Notes: a model not told the origin generated them from the sequence alone. Counted from the stretch's first letter, positions 11,974 to 23,683 are shown. The stretch: DNA of 64,000 bases from Penicillus capitatus (GCA_965649825.1 OZ287706.1:868001-932000); one strand, 5' to 3'. Made by a program: numbers and translations.

Positions 11974-14937
11974 ATGGATGCAAATACCGTACGAAAGCCC
12001 TCGCGCAAGCGCGAAGCCGAGCCATCTGCGGGCCACGGTGGCAGTTGGTCCCGCTACTTCGACAACAAAAACGCCAAGTTCCGAAGGCAGTTTCGGAATG
12101 AAGAACTGGAACGGTTCCATCTCGGAGGACAGGAAAAGACATCGCTGTTCACCGGCATCACGATCTTCGTCAATGGACACACCGTGCCATCGCAACAGGA
12201 GCTCAGACATCTGATGGCTTTACATGGAGGAGGATTCGAGATCTACGACAACCGTCCTCCTGTCACACACCTCATCTGCAGTCAATTGCCACTCGCTAAG
12301 ATCCGCCAGCTCCGAAAAGAAAAGTGCCCGTGCTCTATCGTAAACGCCGTCTGACTGGGGGGATCGCATCGCTGCAGGAATTCGGTTCCGGTCGTGCGGC
12401 CGGAGTGGATCACTGCGTCGATCGATGCAGGAGAGGTGCTGCCCGTGGAGGACTTTGCCCTCGAGCAGATCCAGGATCCCCGGGATCGACGCCTCGATGC
12501 GTTTCTGATGAGCCATGACGATCCGCAAGAGGAAGCAGAGATGACAGTGGACATGCCTCCGGAGGGAGATGCCGAAAAAGAGACAGCCTATTTCAAGAAT
12601 GCTGATCTGACGCCGAGCGCTTTCATCCGTAGCTACTTTGAACATTCGAGGCTTCATTTCATCGGCACCTGGAAGCTGCGCATCGAAGGCTTCCTGCAAC
12701 AGCAGAGGAACCGGGGGCCCAAACCTGCCAAAACAGGTGCCTCTCGGAAACCCCGACCAAATGCTGCACGGCCTTATTGACAGGAGACAGACAGATCGTG
12801 CACATCGACATGGACTGTTTCTTCGCGTCCGTGGCTTTGCTGACGCGGCCGGAACTGAGAGACGTTCCTTTCGTGGTGTGCCATTCCAGCAACAGGAACG
12901 GCACAGCAGAGATCTCGTGTGCAAACTACCCGGCTCGTCGATTCGGAATTCGTGCTGGATCCTTCATCTCGTCTGCCCTGGAGAAGTGCCCGGCACTGAA
13001 AGTCGTCCCCTATCAGTTCCAGCAGTATCACGAAATTTCAGAACAGGCACTCAGAGCGCGTTCCGTTCGACAGTGCGACCGAACGGACGTCTGTTAGGTG
13101 TACGGAATTCTGTCGAGTTACAGTGCGCGTGTCGAGCCAGTATCGTGTGACGAAGCGTACCTTGATGTGACGGGACTGGGAGACCCTGAAGAGTTGGCAC
13201 GGCGCATCCGATGCGAGATCTACGACACGACGCGGTGCCCAGCCAGTGCCGGAATTGGACCGAACAAGCTCCTGGCCAAGATGGCGACGTCCAAGGCCAA
13301 ACCCGACGGGCAGTATCGCGTTCTGAGCGCCGAGATTTCGGCCTTCCTCTGCGAAGTCCCCCTTCACGACATTCCAGGCATTGCTGTCACATCGCGTGAT
13401 TCGCCTGTCGATGATCGAGCACCTAGGCATCGGATGGTCGCTGACAGAGAAGCTCCGAGCAGAAGGAATCGAAACGACGGCGCAGGTGATGGAGAGATCC
13501 GAGAAGTGGCTGATCGATGCGTTCGGCGAAAAGACAGGAAGGATGATGTGGAGAGCATCACATGGGATTGACGCAGCGGCCGTCCAACTGCCGAAGGTGT
13601 GAAGTCGTGGCGGCAGGATCGGCTCACGCGACGTGGGGTTCCTGGCAGACGCGCAAGTCCGTTTGCGCCGAATGCAACTGGGGTATCCGAATCCACAGGG
13701 TCGAAGATGTGCGGAGCTATCTACAGGAGATTCTGGCCGAAGTGCTGCACCGAATGTCTTTTCTGCGTCTCAAAGGACGATGCGTCTCGCTGAAGGTGCG
13801 TGACAAAACACCGAACGTTGTGGATGTATCGCGATGTGACAGGTGCGAGTACGACAGGAAGACGCGCCAGTGTGTCCGCGAAAGTTTCTGGGATGCGGAG
13901 CGTGTGACCATTACAGTCGCAGTCACACCTTGGATCAGTACACAGACCGTCCAGAGATTCTGTTGCAGCATGTCTGGCAGCTGTTTCTGCGCATGGAGAT
14001 TCCTGTCGCTGACATTCGAGGTCTCGGCATTGGGGTGAGCTGTGTTCACAGGGGGCAACGATGGTGTCGATTTTCTGTGCCGTTGTCAGATTTCGAAACT
14101 CGACAGCGAAAGAGATGCATCGCAGAGATTGTTGCCTGAGCTCAAGCCCGTCGACCAGGGCACGAAGTCGGATCTCCGACCTCAATTCGCCGTTCCGATC
14201 GATCGTGGAAAGAAGCGGAAAGCAAAGTCGAAGGGCAGCAGATCGCGTGCTCCGATCGTTCTGCGCTCCGTCAGAGTCGTTCAACCAGATGGTCTTGTCC
14301 TGGCCGATGTCTGACGTCTTGTCCCGACGTCGTTCTTATCGTGCGTGATTTGAGTAGGTGGATGAGAGTGTGCTGGAAGCTTTGCCGGTCGAGTTGAGAC
14401 GGGAGATCATTGAGACGATCCCACTGGAACGTAACAATCTCTTTGTGGCGGGTAACGACACGCGGGACACGAAGAGACAGAAGACGGTGACGGAGGCGGC
14501 GGAGAGCAAGAAGCATCCTGTCATTTCAAGTCGCGTCACCTGAGGGATGCCGATCTCCGTGAGTCCGAGCGCTTGTAGATGTCGCATCGATCGAAGAACT
14601 GATCTGCCGCGGGTGTGAATCGCGAATTCCATCTTTCGTCGCCGCCAAGCTGGTCGCATGGCTCAAAGAAAGGGACGAAGTTCTGAAATGGCCGCCTGAA
14701 CGCGTAAAAGGGAAGACAGATTCTGCGTCGGACATGCTCTGTCGAGTGAAGGAATGGATTGACGGCGTTGACGAGATGCAGATGGGAATCGCGAGCTTAA
14801 CGCTGAAAGCGATTCGCAGAGTCGGCGATCGATATCCTGTTTCCTTTGGTACCTGCTGTCGAGACTTCGTCCGATCGATTCAAGACGACATCCGTCAGAA
14901 GTTTAACTACGAATTAGATCTGGATGTCTTTATGTGA
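11974..14937 (+). CDS. REV1: Translesion DNA polymerase REV1 (BRCT plus Y-family catalytic domain plus C-terminal domain), multi-exon
   Basis: BRCT region LFTGITIFVNGHTVPSQQELRHLMALHGG and VRPEWITASI; YFEHSRLHFIGTWK; IVHIDMDCFFASV; EISCANYPARRFGIRAG; EPVSCDEAYLDVT; ASAGIGPNKLLAKMAT; RKSVCAECNWGIR; DIRGLGIGV. Confidence 0.92.
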
Positions 14938-15749
14938 TAAACGAACAGGTTATGCAATGAAAAGATAACATTCTCTTAGCGAAGCGGCTGTGCGATTATC
15001 ATGATCGACGATCGATATCTTTCGTCACAGATGCGGTTTTCGCGCAATCGAACAATGATTCGATCTTCCGATTGCCGCATCTTTTTAGATAAAGGATCGC
15101 GAAGAACGACCGGAGCTTTGAACCATGGCAGTTCAGTAGAGATCATTCGATTAGAAGTAACGCTTTTGATAAATACACGAAATCGTCGACGCAAATCCCA
15201 GAAGAAGAAGCCATTGCCTTATCATCAACTGTCGGTGATCTTACTTGGAACTTGTTATGTCGATCGCATGATTGGATCTGATGGATTCCCCGATCGCTAC
15301 GATCTAGAACGCTCCTTTACGTATTGAACGATGTTCGCTAGGGTATTCCAGCTGTTTTAACAAAACGATGATGGGAGAAAGCTTACCCGTCACAAGTTTC
15401 ATTCCACACGCGTCAGGACGATGATCGGAGATAAGCAGACGTTTATACTCACCTTTCGTGTCCAAGTCGGAGACAAATGAAATCGTCATGCGATTTTCGA
15501 GACGCTCAGACAATATCCAGATAAGCAAGTCCCTGATGAGACAGAGATTATGCATCGTGACGATTAGCGCGTGCGAATAAGACCCAGATAACCGAGCCAT
15601 TGTCAGATCGATGAAACCGTGTTCCTATTCGTCCGAGGAAATGATGTCTTGAATACGGACACCAACGGCCACCGAGCGTTAATCAGCAAGATCTTTCGAA
15701 CAGGTACTGCACGAAGTGACACTTCGTCCTGGAACAGCACAGAAGATGT

Positions 15750-16627
15750 TCATGGAGTCAATAGCTGGATGAGAGATGTTCGAGTGTCATCTGAGCAATC
15801 ACGATCAGGTGCAGCGCAAACAAAATCTCGAGGGATTTGTCCATACACCGTCCGGCGTGCGATCGCCGCACCCGCAGCAATTAGATCCTGAGACAAAGAG
15901 TAACTTTTCACGCACAAGAGACAACTCACTTACCTTTGCAATGATTAGACGGCCGTTGTACGATGCAACGTGAAGCGGAGTCCATCCATCATTGCCGGCG
16001 CGGTTGACGTCTGCTCCATGGTGAATGAGTGCTTGAATAACCATGTGAAATCAAGGCAGCGCGGATCAAAAATGGGGTCTACTCGCGCAATCTTTATATG
16101 TCCGAGGTGTGTTGCTAGAAAGAGGGGTGTGTATCCGTAGTTGTCAACAACCTCAACATACGCTCCATGATCGATCAGAGCCTACGAATACCGAGAATGA
16201 TAGAAAAAATGTGGAGAATCGGTGTCTACTGCAGCGACTGTCGTGAGGCCAAATTCTACTGCCAGAAGGAGCGGAGTGTATCCATCTCTATCGACGTCAT
16301 TGACAGTTGCCCCATGATCGATGAGAGCCTGTGGAATGAGTGAACAACAGAATGTGTATGAATCGTTCAGACGGACCAGTGCGATTGCTGCCTGACTGCT
16401 TCCCACTGCCAAAAGAAGTGGAGTGTACCCATTCTTATCAGCAACATTAACATTTGCCTCGTGATCGATCAGTGCCTATAGAACAGATAAACAATAGAAC
16501 GTGCGTCTACGGGAGCATGTAAACGGACCAGTGCGATTGCTGTCTCACTGCTTCTCACCGCCAAAAGGAGCAATGCCAATCCATTTCTATCGACGTCATT
16601 GACATTCGCTCCGTGATTCATGAGAGC
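15750..16627 (-). CDS. 3' segment of ankyrin-repeat array: five 99-bp single-repeat exons plus terminal exon
   Basis: Exons are ALMNHGANVNDVDRNGLALLLLAVRSSETAIAL, ALIDHEANVNVADKNGYTPLLLAVGSSQAAIAL, ALIDHGATVNDVDRDGYTPLLLAVEFGLTTVAA, ALIDHGAYVEVVDNYGYTPLFLATHLGHIKIAR and ALIHHGADVNRAGNDGWTPLHVASYNGRLIIAK. The last exon, DLIAAGAAIARRTVYGQIPRDF...LLTP, ends at TGA 15750. Confidence 0.85.
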
Positions 16628-16630
16628 CTA

Positions 16631-19555
16631 AGGGAGCAAGCGGTAAGGTACACGCTTGTTTTTCAGCAGGCACATGACGACACGCAAGAACCGCAGACGA
16701 AACGTTTGGTACTAGTGAAAGCAAACTGGAATGACGAAACTCTTCGAGAGAGACTGAAAGAAAGACAATCACCTTCACCACCACTGCAAGTCACGGAATC
16801 AATTGAACGGGAGTTATTCCCGTTTAAGCAAAGCGGCTGGATTGTCTTCATGGCGGGGAGGAGTTTTGTGTTGGGACCCGTTCGGAGCCGACGGATCATC
16901 CTACCCTTCATATTTGCCGAGTCAACAGAATGGGCATCATTTTTTGACTGCACTCATAACAAGAATATCTTCTGCAAGGTCAAGCTGCACGCACATGGTA
17001 AGATCAGCGTGGTAATCTTCAACCAATCAGATACCCCACAACACGTCACCAGCAAGATGCGACTGTGTTGTGCTAAAGGTAACATTGATTCCATCGCCGA
17101 CGTCGACGGAATGGAATACCCGCTGAGAGTGAAGACCAAGCGTGTTAACAATGTTAGCGTCCTTACACCACTAGGCAAGGATGTTACAGTGGCTCGGCTG
17201 AGAGAAGAATTCCCGCTGGTTTTTTAGGACACCATTCGCCCGACGACCAGTAGGCTGTGGGACCTCAGGGTACGACAGAGATCTTTGTTGGCAAGGCGAG
17301 CCTAAGCCATGCTAGAGGGAGAACTACGTCTCAGATCTCACCAACGAAGAGATCTCAAAAGAGATCGATTCGCCACACAAGGAAGGTGTTATACGACCGT
17401 TGTCTGTGGCTGAGGCAATACACGCTGTCGTTAGCACCTTTAAACTTCATACGCAAACCGAATGGCAAGATCCGGCCCACCATTGACTTCCGCGACATCA
17501 ACACGTACCTGAAGGGAACGCAAGAGGGACCTTTATTCCGGTGTCCCACATCATCCAAAAGGTGGATCCCAAGTGGACCGTATACACCATCGTGGACATT
17601 GTCCACGGCTACGGATCCATCCCAATCGACGACGAGATTTCGCTTTTCTTTGCACTACATTGGAACGGCGTGACGTACGGCTTTCGGAGACTGCCGCAAG
17701 GCGTCAACGTCAGTCCAGAATTTTTTAATAACCGCATAACCCACATCCTACAAGGGTTGGATGTGATCCGATACTTCGACGGCATACTTATCGACGGCGA
17801 AACGGAGGAGGAACTCCTCAACAAGACTAAGCTTTTATTTAAACGTTTCGACGAATATGGCCTGACGATCAACTGTCAAAAGTGTGACTGGTTTGAAACA
17901 TCGGTAAGCTTTCTGGGTACCGAAATCAGTGGTGGGACGTTAAACCTCTACCACAGGGCTCAGGCTATACTCCAGAAGCTGCCAACTATCACATCACGTC
18001 ACGACGTACAAAAAGCCATGGGTCTGTGCCAGCAACTGGCACAGTACTGTTACAAATACGACGCGATCATCACGCAACTCAAGCCATTCCTGAAACGCGA
18101 ACACAATGACTACACCAAAGCTGACGAGATCTACAAAGACGCAGCTCAAACTCTATGCCTCAATACGTACCGACTGACGTTGGAAAGAAGGGGGCCATTC
18201 CATCTGTATACGGATTGGTGTGGTAACCCACTCAACCAGTTCGGATACGTATTGCTTAACTCGACCTTGCAACCTGTTCTCTTTGGCTCATTCACGACGA
18301 AACAGAGGGTCGGAAGTTTTCTGGGGGACTGATGGGGATAGTGCGGGCCTTGAAGGCATGTTACTTTGTGATCAAGCAGACGGAGGTATTCGTTTACTCC
18401 GACAACATGGCTACGGTCAATTGGCTCAAGGAGCCGACATTCCTGCACAAGTTCAAGGACCTCCGGATCCAGAGACAACATTGCTGGCTCCGGCACCACT
18501 TTTCCCACCATCGTCTCCACTTCTGTTTTGTAGAGGGGAAGGACAACGTGATTGCGGACCTTCTCAGCCGATGGAGGGACAACGCACCTGTCGAATTCCA
18601 CACCAAGAAGAAGCAACAGGGATATCAAGTGAACGCCGTATCCTACGCTCCGGAAGAACGGACCGAGCTCATCAAGAAAGCTCATGCAGGCCACTTCGGG
18701 GTAAGGACGACATTCCTGAACCTGCGGTCCGACGGAACCCGCTGGACGAACGACTTCAATGACGTGCGAGATTACGTCAATAACTGCGAGACGTGCCAAA
18801 TGTTTCGCAACCCACGGTCGGAGGTGGACTTGGGTATAATTGACAGTCCATCCCCGAACCACACACTGTGTCTAGACTTCATAGGACCGCTGAACCGTGG
18901 CAGCCACGGGTTTCGGTATATCGCTACCGGGATCGACGCTTTCACTAAGTTCGGCATGGGGCGCCCATGTAAGATGTGCTCGGCAGCACAGGCTATTAAG
19001 CTGGTACTCGAATGGGCACGAAACTTTGGGGCTCCACGAAGGATTCTATGCGACAACGGAAGCGCCTTCATTGCCAGGAGCTTCGAGAGTACCTGCGCAC
19101 AGCACGGAATAGACATTCTACACACCCCAACCTATTCCCACAAAAGCGCGGGCACTGTCGAGGCGTTCAACCGAAACCTCGTAAATCGACTTCGGAGGAT
19201 ATGGGCGGAAAAAGGGGGTGATTGGACGACACATGTGAGCACGAGCGTACATGAGATCAACCGAACGATCCATAGTACGACTCTGTTCTGTCCACAATAC
19301 CTTCTAACTGGCACACAACGAAACGGCACGATAACCAGTCCACAACATCTAGACACCGACCGAGGGCTAGCGTATCAACGAATAATTAAGGCACACCAGC
19401 AAAATAAGACAAGACACCACAAGAAAGTCAAGATCCGTCCCATTGAAGTGGGAGCGGAGGTCTCGTGGTACAACTCGAAGTTGGCCGACCGCCTCGACTC
19501 CAAACTCTACTCCAAATGGGTCTATCCTTGTGTGGTAGTGAAGGAACATAGTGAC
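16631..19555 (+). mobile_element. Decayed, 5'-truncated Ty3/gypsy-type pol (RT-RNase H-integrase), element A
   Basis: LREEFPLVF is followed by a stop. The RT is frameshifted (EEISKEIDS..KEGVIRP; APLNFIRKPNGKIRPTIDFRDIN; YGFRRLPQG; YFDG replaces YxDD). RNase H reads FHLYTDW...VYSDN...EGKDNVIADLLSR. The integrase has an HHCC motif (AHAGH..CETC) and a D,D(35)E core (CLDFIGP, LCDNG, VEAFN). Frameshifts lie near 17440, 17540 and 18330. No gag or 5' LTR was seen. Confidence 0.85.
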
Positions 19556-19802
19556 TGTCGCCGAGCGATGTGACACTGCCTTGTTTTGTGAGGGTCAACC
19601 GTGCGAGGGGGTGCTGCCTGTCTTGTCAACGGCGTCTTGGGACGCCTTTCTCTGGCCCTGAGCACGAGCTGACTCACCTTTCTAGAAGGGTTACGTCAGC
19701 AGGCGACTATATAATGCAGAACCTGAACGTTGTTTCGCCTTGCTCCGAACACTGTAACAAGACTTCCGCTGTTATCGTTTAGTTCGGCGCCTCCGCGCGA
19801 CA
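19556..19802 (+). repeat. 5' LTR (247 bp) of nested element
   Basis: It appears identical by eye to 21227-21473, with TG...CA termini. It contains TATATAA (about 19708) and TGTAA, the green-algal poly(A) signal. Confidence 0.95.
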
Positions 19803-19958
19803 TGGTTTCGGAGCGTTGTTAAACGTTCCTCAGTTTGATCTCCGTCTAAGTGACGTTGCGTGTTTGCTGTGTGCATTACGCGCCTTTCTGAGTGGAAGTC
19901 GAGTCCTGTCTAGACACGTCTAGACGCACCTAGGAAATTCAAGGAAGCAGTAGCAAGG

Positions 19959-21161
19959 ATGAGTCAAGTACGACGAGAGAGAAGAACGGAGCAAGGTCAC
20001 GTAGAAGAGGGGTTTTACAATGCCACAGTTGTCGGGCCGAACCTGCTCAGTTGGCTTCATGAAGACGAGGGTTTATACCCGGAAGGACTTACCTTTCGCA
20101 GGGTACAGACGTGGCGTCGGGGTTACTCCGTCGACGTGCTCAAGGAAAGATACTTGTTGGAGGCGACGGAGCTGTGCGCTTTCTTCCGCTACATCTGTCC
20201 GAGGCTTCAAGAGAGACGGGACCTGCGAGGGGAGAACGAACACCTACGACGGCAGTTGGAGGGTGAGCGGCACAAGGCCTCCGAGGCGGCGAGAAGATTG
20301 CGCGAGGGAAAGGAGAAGATATACCAAAGGGCGACGACCCTTGACGCAGAGAAGGAGCAGCTGCGACAGCAGCTGCAGAGCGAACGACTGACCGCGTCTG
20401 AAGCACGGAAAGCATGTGCCGACGCAGCCCGGGAGAGCGAACGGTGGAAAGGGCTCCACGACGAGCTATACCGGGAGTTTGAGCAGGGACTGCAACAAAA
20501 CGCCTTGGCTGCGCAAGCATGGGAAGAAGTGAATGTGAAGAACGAACGGTTATCGGGGGCGAATGCGAGGCTGCAACAGGATCTTGCCGAGGCGCAGCAA
20601 GGCAGCGTCAAGGCACAGCAAGATGCAAACGAGGCACGCGTGGAAGCCTCCTCTCTCCATGAGAAGCTTAGAGAGACTGACGCCGCCTTCACAGAGGCGA
20701 AGAAAAAGTTTATTTCGGCACCTGATTTGGTGCCATGTCTACAGTCTTTGGCCGCCGAGGTGAAGACTCTGCAGGAAACCGTACGGACGAACGGCGAAAG
20801 GACGGCTGAGTTGATGACGACAAGACCGGCAGAAGGACGGAGAACCGTGAAGACGTTGCATCAGATGAAGCGCGTTTTGCACGACATTGGGCGGTTCCCG
20901 CGCCGACGACGGGCGAGAGCAACCGACGCGGCAGATGATGGCGGAGGTGCCATCAAGCGCGGTCGGATATGTTATGTGTGCCGATGCAAGGGGCATCTGG
21001 CCAAGGACTGTCCGCAAGCGCGGGTTAATGCGGTCGAGTCAGTGGATCCGACGATATCGGATGCGCAGCAGAGAGCGGGGGAACCAAACACAGAAGCATC
21101 ATCATCTTCGGGATGGACCATTTTCTCGGCGCTGCGACGATTCACCTCGGGCATAGACTGA
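19959..21161 (+). CDS. Gag-like ORF: long coiled coil plus single CCHC zinc knuckle
   Basis: This 400-aa ORF is uninterrupted. It has a heptad-rich E/Q/R/A stretch and CYVCRCKGHLAKDC near the C-terminus. No protease, RT or integrase is present, and no capsid motif was recognised. Confidence 0.75.
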   Translation: MSQVRRERRTEQGHVEEGFYNATVVGPNLLSWLHEDEGLYPEGLTFRRVQTWRRGYSVDVLKERYLLEATELCAFFRYICPRLQERRDLRGENEHLRRQLEGERHKASEAARRLREGKEKIYQRATTLDAEKEQLRQQLQSERLTASEARKACADAARESERWKGLHDELYREFEQGLQQNALAAQAWEEVNVKNERLSGANARLQQDLAEAQQGSVKAQQDANEARVEASSLHEKLRETDAAFTEAKKKFISAPDLVPCLQSLAAEVKTLQETVRTNGERTAELMTTRPAEGRRTVKTLHQMKRVLHDIGRFPRRRRARATDAADDGGGAIKRGRICYVCRCKGHLAKDCPQARVNAVESVDPTISDAQQRAGEPNTEASSSSGWTIFSALRRFTSGID

Positions 21162-21226
21162 TTTCATTCTGTTGTTTTCGTGGGGGCTTGCTTGCGTTTT
21201 TTTTCGGAGTTTGGCGGGAAGCGTGG

Positions 21227-21473
21227 TGTCGCCGAGCGATGTGACACTGCCTTGTTTTGTGAGGGTCAACCGTGCGAGGGGGTGCTGCCTGTCTTGTCAA
21301 CGGCGTCTTGGGACGCCTTTCTCTGGCCCTGAGCACGAGCTGACTCACCTTTCTAGAAGGGTTACGTCAGCAGGCGACTATATAATGCAGAACCTGAACG
21401 TTGTTTCGCCTTGCTCCGAACACTGTAACAAGACTTCCGCTGTTATCGTTTAGTTCGGCGCCTCCGCGCGACA
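21227..21473 (+). repeat. 3' LTR (247 bp) of nested element
   Basis: This is a direct repeat of 19556-19802, followed by TSD GTGAC. Confidence 0.95.
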
Positions 21474-21478
21474 GTGAC

Positions 21479-21562
21479 CACCGTTGGGATATCCGTATGC
21501 CCAACGGTTCGACGCTGCACAATGTCCATCGTGACTTCCTTCGGAGATTAGACAGAAGATAG
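21479..21562 (+). pseudogene. Displaced C-terminal tail of element A integrase (GPY/F-like region)
   Basis: Removing the nested element and one TSD restores the reading frame: ...KLYSKWVYPCVVVKEHSD|HRWDIRMPNGSTLHNVHRDFLRRLDRR-stop. Confidence 0.85.
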
Positions 21563-21571
21563 GTGGGCCCA

Positions 21572-21898
21572 TGTCGTGTTAAGGCGTAGCGCTCGCGTTA
21601 ATGCGCTCATCTACCTACACTTGTGTCGATCTCCAGGTGACAGGTCGTAGGTTCTCCATACCTTCCCATCCACAAATAGACCCGCGGCTTCTATGTCACA
21701 GATTCCAAGCAGATTCCGGAATCTTCGAAGAATATTCGTTTGTGTTACTTAATATAGGCCCACGACCGTAATGCGACGCTACCCTATAAAAGCGTTGTAG
21801 ATGTACAGATCTTGTCTTTCGTTTGTAAGACTTTACGTTTCAAAGGTTTACGTGCGCCCACCGTTCAAATTGTTTCCATCTAAAAAACATACGCGACA
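21572..21898 (+). repeat. Putative 3' LTR of element A (partner LTR absent from window)
   Basis: It starts with TGTCGTG just after the integrase stop and a purine-rich tract, and ends with CGCGACA. It contains TATAAAA (about 21785) and TGTAA (about 21824). No second copy is available to confirm it. Confidence 0.55.
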
Positions 21899-21918
21899 CT
21901 AGCTAAGCTGTTTACGTG

Positions 21919-23007
21919 ATGTCGTGCGGCATGGCTTTCCTTAACGTTCTCGGAAAGGAAAGAATTGAACGCTTTGCTTTTGAGGTTGTCAAGGGCCATT
22001 TGACGGATGAAGTGAGAATAAGTTATGCTAGGTGGCTTCCTCGTAAGATAACGTATCCTCCCTTTACGGATTGCTCGTCAAGGTTTTTCGTTTCTCAAGT
22101 GATTCATTTGTGTAACCGGTGGTGTGCTCGGAATGTCAATTTTGGCAAACCGGGACCGGCGTCGAAGTTCGTATGCCGTCGGAAGGGTAGGGACGGAGTG
22201 CTAGTACCACGTACTTGGGCAGATTTTGTCGAAGCGCTCTGCGATGTCGCACAGCGAGGAGCTTTCTCTATCAATCCGGCGGCGACGTTTGAGCACCTTG
22301 CTCTAGCTGTGCTCTGCTTAGTTTACTGGTTGAAAAATAAAGGTGTAAACTTTCATACAGCCAGGCTAGTGAAGCAATTTACTAGTATGCTTTGCCAAGC
22401 TATCGAAGTAGCCCATCCGTATCTGCCTACCGAAGCAAACGAGAACGAAGGTGGCGAGGGAAGTGGGGAGCCGCAGCCGGTCGCCGTGCCGCAGCCGGTC
22501 GACGATGAGGATCCGGTCATCACGGACGAAGTTGGAGACACGATTATGGAAACAGAAAAGGCGACGTCTGGGGGCCGCGGTTCAAGACTCCGTAGTCGGG
22601 ACTTGTCTTACGAACAGGAAATGTCAAGGGGAAGAGAGGCAAAGCGCCGCTACAATCTTCGGAACACGCTGGCTCGAGTGGAACGGATGGCGAAGTTGAA
22701 AGAAGCAGAGGACGCAAAGTGGAAGGCGGACAATGAGGAGGAGGAGGTCACGGACGAAGATGGATACGCGAATATGGAAACAGAAGAGGTGACTTCTGGG
22801 AGTCGCGGTCCTAGACGTAGTCGGAGATTGTTTTACGAAGAGGAAACGTCAAGGGAAAGAGAGGCTAAGCGCCGGTACTGTCTTCGGAACACACAGGCTC
22901 GAGTAGAACGGATGGCGGGGTTGAAAGAAGCAGATGACGGAAAGCGGAAGGTCGACGATGGTGTTGGGAGTTCTTCTAGGGCCTCGCGGAAGAAATCAAG
23001 AAAGTAG
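21919..23007 (+). CDS. Intronless orphan ORF (about 362 aa) with an internal tandem duplication of about 75 aa, probably element-borne
   Basis: This is a long open frame inside the retroelement block. The duplicated segment METE..TSG.RG.R.RSR.L.YE.E.SR.REAKRRY.LRNT.ARVERMA.LKEA.D occurs twice. Confidence 0.5.
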   Translation: MSCGMAFLNVLGKERIERFAFEVVKGHLTDEVRISYARWLPRKITYPPFTDCSSRFFVSQVIHLCNRWCARNVNFGKPGPASKFVCRRKGRDGVLVPRTWADFVEALCDVAQRGAFSINPAATFEHLALAVLCLVYWLKNKGVNFHTARLVKQFTSMLCQAIEVAHPYLPTEANENEGGEGSGEPQPVAVPQPVDDEDPVITDEVGDTIMETEKATSGGRGSRLRSRDLSYEQEMSRGREAKRRYNLRNTLARVERMAKLKEAEDAKWKADNEEEEVTDEDGYANMETEEVTSGSRGPRRSRRLFYEEETSREREAKRRYCLRNTQARVERMAGLKEADDGKRKVDDGVGSSSRASRKKSRK

Positions 23008-23582
23008 GTGACCGTTGAAGCGGTCTGGCGCGCGGATTAGGCTTCGTCGGAGGTTGTATCGGGCTTTTTCGTGTGGAAGGCGGAACTTTGTCGAGATGGG
23101 CAGGTGAGGAGAGAAGCCAATGTCAAGGGTCGGTACAAGATGATACGGAGTTGGCGATCTAATGCGTTGGTTGGCGATGTGTGTTGACATAGCGAACACG
23201 GATGGCGAAATGCGCGATGAGGCCGAAGCACGACGACTAAGGAATGCGAGATGTGGAGAGCGTGGGTTGGTCGTGGCAAAGAGAACGAGGATTGCTGTGG
23301 GGCCACGTTCCTTGCTTGACCTTGGCGTGCTGACCTAGAGTTCTGCGATCGCCATGGCTCGATGCGCTTTTTTTGCTTTTGTGTGTCTTCGTTGGCAAAG
23401 CGGCCTTTTTCCCGCGCCGAGCTTCCGTTTTTTCCTTTTCGGTGTCTGTCGCAGGCTTGTTGTTTTTTCTTTCTAGTTTCCGTTGTTTGTTCTTTATCGG
23501 TTTTGGTCGCCGTTGCAAACACACTTCCGGTTTTTTGTATAGTTTTCTTTTCCTAAAGAGCCGTGGTCCGTGGCTATCTTGT

Positions 23583-23683
23583 GTCGGTTTCGCCAAGAGC
23601 ATGGCTTCGTAGTCGGTCTGAGGGGGACGTCGGTTTCGCCAAGAGCATGGCTTCGTAGTCGGTCTGAGGGGGACGTCGGTTTC
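23583..23683. repeat. 46-bp tandem repeat, about 2.2 copies
   Basis: The unit gtcggtttcgccaagagcatggcttcgtagtcggtctgagggggac starts at 23583 and 23629, with a partial copy at 23675. Confidence 0.9.

Larger units (their letters stand above)
19556..21473 (+). mobile_element. Intact non-autonomous LTR retroelement (LTR-PBS-single coiled-coil/CCHC ORF-PPT-LTR, 1,918 bp; TR-GAG-like) nested in element A integrase
   Basis: The 247-bp direct repeats at 19556-19802 and 21227-21473 have TGTCGC...GCGACA inverted ends. A 5-bp TSD, GTGAC, sits at 19551-19555 and 21474-21478. A PBS-like TGGTTTCGGAGC starts at 19803, and a purine-rich tract lies at 21206-21226. Confidence 0.95.

Noticed and set aside
14976-15700. 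Short ORFs between REV1 and the ankyrin gene
   Set aside because: No recognisable motifs or consistent splice model.
19556-21473. Reading the repeats as the 3' LTR of element A followed by the start of a tandem second copy
   Set aside because: The GTGAC TSD flanks the pair, and the integrase frame resumes at 21479, so this is a nested insertion.
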